Shown: positions 17,842-25,542 of the stretch, piece by piece
Layout of the letters: each line of letters opens with the position of its first letter
Numbering within the stretch: the first letter of the stretch is position 1
Source of the DNA: an uncultured Candidatus Saccharibacteria bacterium
GTDB taxonomy: Bacteria; Patescibacteriota; Saccharimonadia; Saccharimonadales; Saccharimonadaceae
Reading direction: 5' to 3'
DNA length: 59,095 nucleotides
NCBI GenBank assembly: GCA_964423995.1
Contig: CAYRGP010000002.1
Location: 1 to 59,095 of the forward strand
Program-made: the position numbers and the translations under genes
Notes under the pieces: model-generated
Told to the model about the DNA's origin: nothing
The model's input: only the letters and a program-made list of their open reading frames with translations
Databases searched by the model: none

Positions 17842-19127
17842 AACGTATTCTCTGTATTATCTTGAGTTTTCTCCTTCTAGCGAGCCCCGCCGCTAGCGCC
17901 ATTTCCGATAACGTCATCGATCACGCCAATAGCGTCGAAACCTACTATTACAACCCTGAAGGCTCTATCAAGTGTCTCCCCAGCTACGCCACCGACATTG
18001 CTGTTTATGGTGGCGCCATCACTGAAAAAATCTGGACCGGTCTCACCTCTTTCTTGACGCCCGAGCAAGCCGCCGGTATCCTTGGCAACATGCAAAGCGA
18101 ATCTGGTTTTAACCCAGCCAGACATGAAACTTCTGCGCTCAATAAATACCAGCCTGGATTCGATCTCTCTCGCAATAATAAAGTAGCTTATGGTCTTGGG
18201 CTAATTCAATGGTCATATTCTCGCCGCGTCCGTCTCTATGGGTTTGTCCAGTCTCGCGACCCAGAGCTTTTAAAATATTTTGATGATTATCAGACATACG
18301 GTCGTCTTTCTGGCGATGAATTTTTACAAAAAGCCGGCGAAACCGACACGGACCGTCTCATTGCTATTGAAATTGAATATCTCCGCGACGAACTCAGCAC
18401 TGCCTACTCTGGCTTTTATGCCACCACTTCTCTAGAAGATGCTACTAGCTATTTCCTCGAACATGTTGAAGCTCCGAAAAATCCTACTCTCTCTGCTCAT
18501 CCCGAGCGTCTTACTCAGGCACAATCTTTTTACGGTAATTATTCTGGGAAGGAAATCACCGCCTCTACCAATGACTCTGGCACCCCCATCTGCACGCCTT
18601 CCTCTAGTATCACGAGCTCCGGCGATGCTGGCGCGCTCCAATCCTTAGTCTTAGAGTATGCTTGGGAACAATATCATTCACCGCCTTTTACTGAACGCAA
18701 ATCCGCCTACGCCGCCGCCATCGCCAAGCGCCAAGCCGAGGGCAAATACGTCGGCGGTTCCGTAGGTGGTGTTGCCGGTATCGACTGTGGCGGCTTTGTC
18801 ACTACTCTGATGCAAGAATCCGGTTTCGAACCGAACTACAACGCCGGCAAAGGCGGCACTTCCGCTCAAGAATCTTGGGTCAAAGCCAATGGCTGGACAC
18901 TCCTAAATTATAGTCCTAACACCGTTATTGACCCTAGTATCCTTCAGCCGGGCGACGTTGCCTTCACCACCGGCCACACTTTTGTCTACGTCGGCGACAT
19001 CCCCGGTTTCGGATCCAAAATTGCCTCCGCTTCCTATAGTGCCAAATACGGTCGCGCTCCCATGGCTGGTCACGAATCTCTGGTCATAGGCAGTGGCGGA
19101 GCGGTTCGCTGGTACCGAAAACCATAA
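17838..19127 (+). CDS. Secreted peptidoglycan hydrolase: phage-tail-lysozyme domain plus NlpC/P60 (CHAP-like) domain (VirB1-like)
   Basis: Signal peptide; QAAGILGNMQSESGFNP..GLGLIQWS; DCGGFV..LQPGDV..GHTFVYVG. Confidence 0.85.
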   Translation: MKRILCIILSFLLLASPAASAISDNVIDHANSVETYYYNPEGSIKCLPSYATDIAVYGGAITEKIWTGLTSFLTPEQAAGILGNMQSESGFNPARHETSALNKYQPGFDLSRNNKVAYGLGLIQWSYSRRVRLYGFVQSRDPELLKYFDDYQTYGRLSGDEFLQKAGETDTDRLIAIEIEYLRDELSTAYSGFYATTSLEDATSYFLEHVEAPKNPTLSAHPERLTQAQSFYGNYSGKEITASTNDSGTPICTPSSSITSSGDAGALQSLVLEYAWEQYHSPPFTERKSAYAAAIAKRQAEGKYVGGSVGGVAGIDCGGFVTTLMQESGFEPNYNAGKGGTSAQESWVKANGWTLLNYSPNTVIDPSILQPGDVAFTTGHTFVYVGDIPGFGSKIASASYSAKYGRAPMAGHESLVIGSGGAVRWYRKP

Positions 19128-19146
19128 GCCGTGTTATAATTAATGT

Positions 19147-20661
19147 ATGAATCAGAGGGTAAAAAGAGTACTATGCGGTCTTCTCATCGCTTTTTGTTGC
19201 GCCTCTATTCCAACTATATTAGTTTCTGCTGACGAAATTGAAGAAGCTAGAGTCGATGAATCAGAAGACGATACTTCTTGCAACGCTATTGATGTCTGGT
19301 CTGATTCTAAACTTCGTCGCTATGCTGAAGATAACATATTGTATTATGATGACCAATTCGAATGTGAGGTCGAACCACCGGAAGAAGATTGTCTATCAGT
19401 TTACGACCCTGATGGTAGTGAGCCTATAACCATAGAAGGTGGCGGGTATGCTCGCCTCAAACAGGCCGTCCGCGATTATCATGAGACTGCCATGCAAGCC
19501 CAAAAAGATTATGGTACACCATGGGAAATGGTCTTTGCTCAAATGCAAAAAGAAAGTAGCACTGGAACGACTGGCATTGCCATACAGGGTGCTACTAATA
19601 ATTGGCTCGGTATTACCGGTTCTGGCGATGCCGGCACCTGGGTTTCTCCCAAGGGTAGAAAATGGGCTAAATTCTCTAGCGTAGGTGCTAGTATTACAGC
19701 TTGGGCTGGCCCAAAAGTCCTTCGTAATCCTAAAGGTTATTATAATTCCACCTTTAAATATCTTAGCCTAGAGAATTACGATCTTAACGCTTTTATTCGA
19801 GCAGTTGTTGAAATTTATGCTCCAAAATCAGATGGTAATGATCCTGCATCCTATTCAAATACTGTGATTGGCTTAATTAATGGTCCTATCAAAGAAGTTC
19901 GCGAAGAACTCGGCCTCCCAAGTTCCGAAGAATGGGCGCGTGAAAACAACATTGATGCCGCTAACATGACAGGAAATTCCTCTGGTGACAATCCAGAAAA
20001 TGACAACACAGAAGAATCTATTATAGAATGCCCAACAGAAGACGGTGGCAGTGACGAAGATCCAGTAGTCGTTGGTGATTACGCCTTCCCTCTTATAGGC
20101 GCCAAAAAATCAAATTATCTCAATCCCGGCGGAAATGCCGGCCAGAGCGCGCTTTCTCGCCTGCCATGTGGTTCAGGTAATTGTCACCATGATTACAATG
20201 CAGTAGATTTAGGCCTTCGTAAAAAACTAGTCAACGGCACAGAATACACTTCTGCTAATTTCCCGCAGTACAGCTTTAGTGATATGTATTATTATTCTAT
20301 GGGCGTAAAAGTAGTTGCTATTACTTCTGGTAAAATTATTAGTTATAAACCTTATAGCAAAGCTACTGGTGGAATGTCCGACCAATGCGCATCTGTCATG
20401 TTCTTAGGTGATGATGGTCATAAATTTTGGTTTGGCCATATGAAATACGACAGCTCTTACTCTGCCACAGATCGCCAATATAAGGCTGGCGACGTCATTG
20501 GCGAAGTCGGCCTCCCGCAATGCGCCGTTAGCACCCAATCACACCTCCATATTCATATGTATATCGATCCAAATCAGGGATGTAGTAAATCCAATCCTAG
20601 CAACTGTAGTCATCAAATCATAGAAATCGTCGATCAATTATATGAAGCTTTACCGGAGTAG
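19147..20661 (+). CDS. Secreted peptidoglycan hydrolase: glucosaminidase/lysozyme-like domain plus M23 metallopeptidase
   Basis: Signal peptide; AQMQKESS..NNWLGI..WAKFSS; HHDYNAVD..VVAITSG..GH..GDVIGEVG..HLHIH. Confidence 0.8.
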   Translation: MNQRVKRVLCGLLIAFCCASIPTILVSADEIEEARVDESEDDTSCNAIDVWSDSKLRRYAEDNILYYDDQFECEVEPPEEDCLSVYDPDGSEPITIEGGGYARLKQAVRDYHETAMQAQKDYGTPWEMVFAQMQKESSTGTTGIAIQGATNNWLGITGSGDAGTWVSPKGRKWAKFSSVGASITAWAGPKVLRNPKGYYNSTFKYLSLENYDLNAFIRAVVEIYAPKSDGNDPASYSNTVIGLINGPIKEVREELGLPSSEEWARENNIDAANMTGNSSGDNPENDNTEESIIECPTEDGGSDEDPVVVGDYAFPLIGAKKSNYLNPGGNAGQSALSRLPCGSGNCHHDYNAVDLGLRKKLVNGTEYTSANFPQYSFSDMYYYSMGVKVVAITSGKIISYKPYSKATGGMSDQCASVMFLGDDGHKFWFGHMKYDSSYSATDRQYKAGDVIGEVGLPQCAVSTQSHLHIHMYIDPNQGCSKSNPSNCSHQIIEIVDQLYEALPE

Positions 20662-20664
20662 AAT

Positions 20665-21249
20665 ATGCAAAAAACTAAACATCCTCTAGCCGCACTAATC
20701 GCCCTCTTAATACTAGGTAGTCTTATTCTATTTGGCCTTATCTTTTTCTTAATTCCACAACCATCTGGTGTAGATATTGATGATTCCGCCGGTACAGAAG
20801 TTTTAGAAAACTCCACGTACTTTACTAATTATTTCTTCATTGAAGATTATATCGGTTCAAAAAATCAACACATCATATTTGATAACATTAGTTCTTTTAT
20901 TCTTTCTCAATCCGAGTTGGACTCTGCTCCTAGTAAAAATACCAGCACCACTGAAACTAACAATATTTACACCGTAGACACCGATATTAATAGCTATCAC
21001 GAGCTATCGCCTTATCCCACAATTTCTCTAGACTTAACCATCTCCGACCAACGTAAATATAAACTTTATCTATACACCGACAAAGATTTTAGCGAAAAAT
21101 ATATCGCCACCGCCATTAAAAACACCCTCACTGAAAAATCCGCCCTCTATATTAATTCAAAAACAGAATCCTATAATGACATCCTAAAACAATGGGGAAC
21201 TACAGTTCTTAGCACACCTAATTATATCTTTACTTTTAATCAAATCTAG
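20665..21249 (+). CDS. Hypothetical single-TM protein
   Basis: 194-aa ORF starting 3 nt after the hydrolase; N-terminal hydrophobic helix; AT-rich. Confidence 0.7.
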   Translation: MQKTKHPLAALIALLILGSLILFGLIFFLIPQPSGVDIDDSAGTEVLENSTYFTNYFFIEDYIGSKNQHIIFDNISSFILSQSELDSAPSKNTSTTETNNIYTVDTDINSYHELSPYPTISLDLTISDQRKYKLYLYTDKDFSEKYIATAIKNTLTEKSALYINSKTESYNDILKQWGTTVLSTPNYIFTFNQI

Positions 21250-22241
21250 TCGACACTCGTAATAATCACTTGGTTTTCTTGAAAATTTTTCACTAACGCT
21301 TTTTGTCGCATTTCATCTAATTCCGAAAACACATCATCCAATAAAACTAGCGGCTTTTTACCAAGCTTCTCAAACAATCTTTCCGCCTCAATAAATTTCA
21401 ACGCTAAAATTATCGACCTCATCTCTCCCCTAGATGCCGTTCCATCCGCAGCCACTCCATTAAACATAAAAGTAAAATCATCTTTATGTACCCCAAAATT
21501 CGTATGCTGAGACCTTACATCTCTTTCAAAATCCATTGCTAGCAGTCTTAGGTATTCACTTTCTTCCACCTCTCCTGTATAAGAATCATATCTAAGCAGT
21601 ACTTCATCTCTATTCTCGGCAATCCCTCGATATACACCTGTTAATCTATCATTTAACTCCGCTACCAAACTCATCCGCGCCTTCCGAATTAAAACTCCGT
21701 ATTGGGCTAATAATATGTTCCAAGAAAACAAATCATCATAAGATGTGCCTTCTTTTTTTAATAATTCATTTCTTTGTTTTAAAGCTTTATTATAGCGCGA
21801 AAGTGAAACCCCAATATTTTCATCTAATTGCGACAAAAATCGATCAAAATAATCTCGCCGTCTCGTAGGGCTAGAAGTAATTAGACCTAAATCCGCCGGC
21901 TCAAACAATACTACTGGATAACGATTCTTTTTCGGCAACCTCGCCCATTTTTTATCCGTTACCAAAAAATACTTTTTCGAAATACTCCGATCATAAACCA
22001 CCACCACTTCTTCACCATTTTCAAAAGCTAGACTTACCCTATAAAAATCCGCCCCTCTTTGTATTATTTCCTTATCTACCGCCTTAAAACTTTTCCCCCG
22101 CACCGCCAGATAAATCGCCTCTAAAATCGAAGTCTTACCCCATCCATTTTCCCCCAAAATCTGCGTTGTCTGACGCTCAAAATCTAAAGTATATTTCTTA
22201 TGACATCTAAAATTTGTTAACTCTATCCTTTTAATTATCAT
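21246..22241 (-). CDS. recF: DNA replication/repair protein RecF
   Basis: GENGWGKTSILEAI, ASRGEMRS, LLDDVFSELD; follows dnaN. Confidence 0.93.
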   Translation of the reverse strand: MIIKRIELTNFRCHKKYTLDFERQTTQILGENGWGKTSILEAIYLAVRGKSFKAVDKEIIQRGADFYRVSLAFENGEEVVVVYDRSISKKYFLVTDKKWARLPKKNRYPVVLFEPADLGLITSSPTRRRDYFDRFLSQLDENIGVSLSRYNKALKQRNELLKKEGTSYDDLFSWNILLAQYGVLIRKARMSLVAELNDRLTGVYRGIAENRDEVLLRYDSYTGEVEESEYLRLLAMDFERDVRSQHTNFGVHKDDFTFMFNGVAADGTASRGEMRSIILALKFIEAERLFEKLGKKPLVLLDDVFSELDEMRQKALVKNFQENQVIITSVD

Positions 22242-23344
22242 ATATCTGCTGGTACTACAATATGACGATATTTATTACTCTTTTCATTCCGAATCAAAAC
22301 CGGCAAATTCTCAGCCGACATCCCAAATCTCACCATTGGCTCTTCTAAAGCGTTTAGTGCCGCCATTAAATACCTCGAGTCTACCCGCACTTTTCCACTT
22401 TCTTCTACTTGTACCTTCACCTCAGACCTATTCTCACCCGCCTCATTTAAAATTGATGAAATTGCAAAAACCTTTTTCTCTGCATCTGTCTCACAAACAA
22501 TTGATTGGTTTACTTCTCGAGAAAAAATCGCCGCCATCTTCGTTATTCTCAAAAATTCCGTCTTATCTATCACCACTTCAATTTTTGTCTTCTCTGGAAT
22601 TAAAGATCGATAATTTGGGTAAGTACCATCAATTAATTTTGAGGTTATTTCCATCTCTCCCATCCTAAATCTCACCTGTGATTCATCAAAAACGATTTCA
22701 ACTTCCTCGATATCATCAGACATAGAACGTAAAACTTCTTGTAAAGATGCCGCTGGCACAATCGCTTTTACCTCGGAAGATACTTTCTTAATAAATTCCT
22801 TTTCTGCCAATCTATAGCCATCTGTCGCCGCAATATACAAATTACCACCATCTGTATTAAAATACACTCCAGTAAGAGCTGGTCGCGTCGTATCATTACT
22901 CGTCGCTATAATAATCTCCGATACCCCCACCTTAAACTCATCCGCTGGCATTTTATATTTTACTACCTTTTTCTCATCGATCTCTGGTAACTCTGGGAAG
23001 TCATCTGCCATCGCCCCATTAATCACTGACTCGTATTTTCCAGCCGAAATCTTTACTTTCACCCCCTCGGTCTTGAGGGAAATCTTCTCACCTTTAGGTA
23101 AATTATTAACAAACTCCGCAATAATCTTTGCTGGCACTGTTACTACACCGTCCTTAGCGGAAATTACTGGTACATACTCTACTACTGCCATATCTAAATT
23201 CGTAGCCACTAAACTGACCTTATTTTTATCCGCTCTTATTAATACATTCGAAAGTATTGGCAATGTCGCTCTCGCCCCCGCTGCTACTCTACTGACTGAC
23301 GCCAAAGCTTTTGCGAGTTTTTCTTGAGTTACTTCAATCTCCAT
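22238..23344 (-). CDS. dnaN: DNA polymerase III beta sliding clamp
   Basis: LPILSNVLI, ATDGYRLA, KLIDGTYPNY. Confidence 0.96.
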   Translation of the reverse strand: MEIEVTQEKLAKALASVSRVAAGARATLPILSNVLIRADKNKVSLVATNLDMAVVEYVPVISAKDGVVTVPAKIIAEFVNNLPKGEKISLKTEGVKVKISAGKYESVINGAMADDFPELPEIDEKKVVKYKMPADEFKVGVSEIIIATSNDTTRPALTGVYFNTDGGNLYIAATDGYRLAEKEFIKKVSSEVKAIVPAASLQEVLRSMSDDIEEVEIVFDESQVRFRMGEMEITSKLIDGTYPNYRSLIPEKTKIEVVIDKTEFLRITKMAAIFSREVNQSIVCETDAEKKVFAISSILNEAGENRSEVKVQVEESGKVRVDSRYLMAALNALEEPMVRFGMSAENLPVLIRNEKSNKYRHIVVPADI

Positions 23345-23604
23345 TTTAAATCCTTTCTTTTATATTATTAGTAATAGTAGTAATAGGCTCTGTGTAAAAG
23401 TGGAAATCTAGCTCTCCGACCACTGTTAATTTAGATATAAATTCTGTGTAAAAATCCGTGCAAAATACGTGTAAAATTCGTGTAAAACTGAATTTTCTCC
23501 ACAATATCGTAAAAGCAGATTTAATTTTTGTCAAAAATGTGGAAAGTTTTCCTAGGAATATCCACAGATTTCTCCACAAAGTTTTCCATAAGTTTTGCAC
23601 AACC
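23345..23604. promoter_or_regulatory. oriC (dnaA-dnaN intergenic part): DnaA boxes, DnaA-trios and AT-rich unwinding element
   Basis: Boxes at 23391, 23445, 23457, 23468, 23479, 23495, 23538, 23558, 23570, 23582, 23593 (variants of TTTTCCACA). TAG/TAA trios at 23369-23386 lie next to a short GC spacer and a box. Confidence 0.88.
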
Positions 23605-24990
23605 TTAAGCATATAGACTCTCCCGAATGTGTGAAATTTGTTCACGTAGACCAAAATCTAGCCGCAAAGTTTCCTTAATCTTTTTAATTCCATGCATCAC
23701 TGTTGTATGATCTTTTACACCTACTTCCAAAGCAATTTTCGTCGTGGATAAACCGAGCTCCTCCGACAGTAAGTACATCGCCACCTGTCTAGCAGTTTTA
23801 ATATGGGCTACTCGGCTCTTTCCGGTCATTTCCTCTACGGTTAGACCGAAGGATTTTGCTACTTTTTCTACGACTTTTCTGGGGTGAATTGTTCCAGATG
23901 CCGATTTCCCTACAATTAGTCCGCCGCTAGTATTCTCATTAATAATCTCAAGAGGAGTTTTATTCCTTAACTCAGAAATCGCCATGAGTCTCGCTAACTG
24001 ACCCTCCAAGTCGCGGATATTAGTCTTGACGTTCTCTGCCAAATAAACAATTGCCTCATCTTCTATTTCAAAACCCTTAAACTCTGCCATTGAACGCAAA
24101 ATCGCGCATTTATCCTCAAAGGTTGGTAACTGTAAATCAATTGCTCCTGTCCCCCAGGTTAGCCGCGAAGCTAGACGTTCGTCTAAAGTAGCAATTTGTT
24201 CCGGTAGTCGATCAGAAGTGATAATAATTTGCTTATTTTCTTGATATAAATCATTAAAGATATTAAAGAACTCTTCCTGACTTCGGTCTTTTTTAATCAT
24301 CTGCTGGAAATCGTCAATAATCAAAACATCGAGCTTGCGATATTTCTGCGCAAAGACGTCGCCCCTATTCTTTTTAATCATCTCTATGAATTCCGAGAAG
24401 AAATGGTTTGTAGGGGTGTAGAGAACCTTCATCTCTGGATGTTGGCGGACAATTTCGTTGCCAATCGCCTGCACTAAGTGGGTCTTACCTAGCCCCGGAC
24501 CGCCGTAAAGGAAGAAAGGATTATACTTCTCTCCGGGATGTTTTACTACGTTCCTTGCAATTGATACCGCCAAATCGTTATTTGAACCCACCACGAAAGA
24601 GTCTAAAGTGTAGCTCGGATTAAGCCCCGTCCGAAAAGTGCTACTTAGCTTGCTAGGCATCGCTTTTGGTAGGCTTTTCACGACCGATTCTATCGATTTG
24701 AAGTTATTATCTAAGACCTCCCTACCAGATTGTTTCTTCTGTACCTTATTATTAGACGCTACAATATATTTTACCTCTTTAAATGAGATATTGTTTCTCT
24801 TTAAAGCCGAGACCACATCTTTATTATATTTACCCTGTAATTGGCGCACAATAAAGACGTTGGGCGCACTAACTTGTACTACTTGGTTATCAATAGAAAC
24901 GAGCTTAGTATTAGTGAAAAAAGTAACGTAGGCAGTATGTGGCACAGTCTGCTCTAACTCAGCCAACACATTTTTCCACACATCAAACAC
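23605..24990 (-). CDS. dnaA: Chromosomal replication initiator DnaA
   Basis: YNPFFLYGGPGLGKTHL, LIIDDFQ, ARQVAMYL..KDHTTVMHG; GTG start at 24990 after GAGGAGG. Confidence 0.97.
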   Translation of the reverse strand: MFDVWKNVLAELEQTVPHTAYVTFFTNTKLVSIDNQVVQVSAPNVFIVRQLQGKYNKDVVSALKRNNISFKEVKYIVASNNKVQKKQSGREVLDNNFKSIESVVKSLPKAMPSKLSSTFRTGLNPSYTLDSFVVGSNNDLAVSIARNVVKHPGEKYNPFFLYGGPGLGKTHLVQAIGNEIVRQHPEMKVLYTPTNHFFSEFIEMIKKNRGDVFAQKYRKLDVLIIDDFQQMIKKDRSQEEFFNIFNDLYQENKQIIITSDRLPEQIATLDERLASRLTWGTGAIDLQLPTFEDKCAILRSMAEFKGFEIEDEAIVYLAENVKTNIRDLEGQLARLMAISELRNKTPLEIINENTSGGLIVGKSASGTIHPRKVVEKVAKSFGLTVEEMTGKSRVAHIKTARQVAMYLLSEELGLSTTKIALEVGVKDHTTVMHGIKKIKETLRLDFGLREQISHIRESLYA

Positions 24991-25048
24991 CAGAACCTCC
25001 TCACTACTTACAATATTTCTACATCTATTATAGCAAACCCCACCCAAC

Positions 25049-25176
25049 TTTTCCACAAGAAACCCACCCATTTTTTCATTTTATAATATGTTTTAGAATA
25101 ATAGGGGAGAACTTTTCCACCAGTAGCCCATATAATCTAATAATCATGTGGAAAACATCTTGGATTTAGTGGAAAA
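25049..25176. promoter_or_regulatory. DnaA-box cluster in the dnaA-rpmH divergent promoter region
   Basis: ttttccaca 25049, ttttccacc 25113, tgtggaaaa 25147, agtggaaaa 25168. Confidence 0.75.
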
Positions 25177-25240
25177 CTATGCTATAATATACCAAGATTT
25201 TGTTAAATAATAAAATACTATAACATAGGAAAGTGAAATT

Positions 25241-25378
25241 ATGCCAAAACGTACATATCAGCCACACAAACGTCAACGCAAAGTTGAACATGGTTTCATG
25301 AAAAGAAATGCCACTAAAAACGGCCGCAAGGTCCTAGCTCGTCGCCGCATCAAAGGCCGCGCCAGACTCTCCGCCTAA
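25241..25378 (+). CDS. rpmH: 50S ribosomal protein L34
   Basis: Not in the ORF track; hand translation [45 protein letters not shown]; divergent from dnaA. Confidence 0.96.
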   Translation: MPKRTYQPHKRQRKVEHGFMKRNATKNGRKVLARRRIKGRARLSA

Positions 25379-25383
25379 ATCTC

Positions 25384-25407
25384 AAATAGCCCTAAGGGGC
25401 TATTTTT
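25384..25407 (+). terminator. Intrinsic terminator after rpmH
   Basis: aaatagccc-taag-gggctattttt. Confidence 0.8.
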
Positions 25408-25498
25408 CTTTAGAAAAAGTCTTGTTTACCACTTGGGACGTTCCAAGACTTTTTCTTTAGAAAAAGTCTTGACAGGTCCGTAGCACTTGTGTTAAAAT
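25403..25498 (+). promoter_or_regulatory. Sigma70 promoter overlapped by a 13-2-13 palindrome, with a 22-bp direct repeat
   Basis: caagactttttct-tt-agaaaaagtcttg (25444-25471); tttttctttagaaaaagtcttg at 25403 and 25450; TTGACA at 25469; TGTTAAAAT at 25490. Confidence 0.7.
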
Positions 25499-25542
25499 AG
25501 GTCAAAATAAGGTCATATTAATAAAAATAAAAGGATTTTGCT

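Noticed and set aside
3505-21249. Integrative conjugative element or prophage
   Set aside because: No integrase, relaxase, att duplication or phage structural genes. The phage-tail-lysozyme domain is common in VirB1-like proteins, and composition mostly matches core genes.
23445-23601. Short repeats as a possible CRISPR array or iterons
   Set aside because: Units are 9-11 bp with no unique spacers and no cas or rep gene; they fit DnaA boxes.
23346-23654. 102-aa ORF between dnaA and dnaN
   Set aside because: It spans the DnaA-box array and trios; its repetitive LWK/LWR content comes from the boxes.
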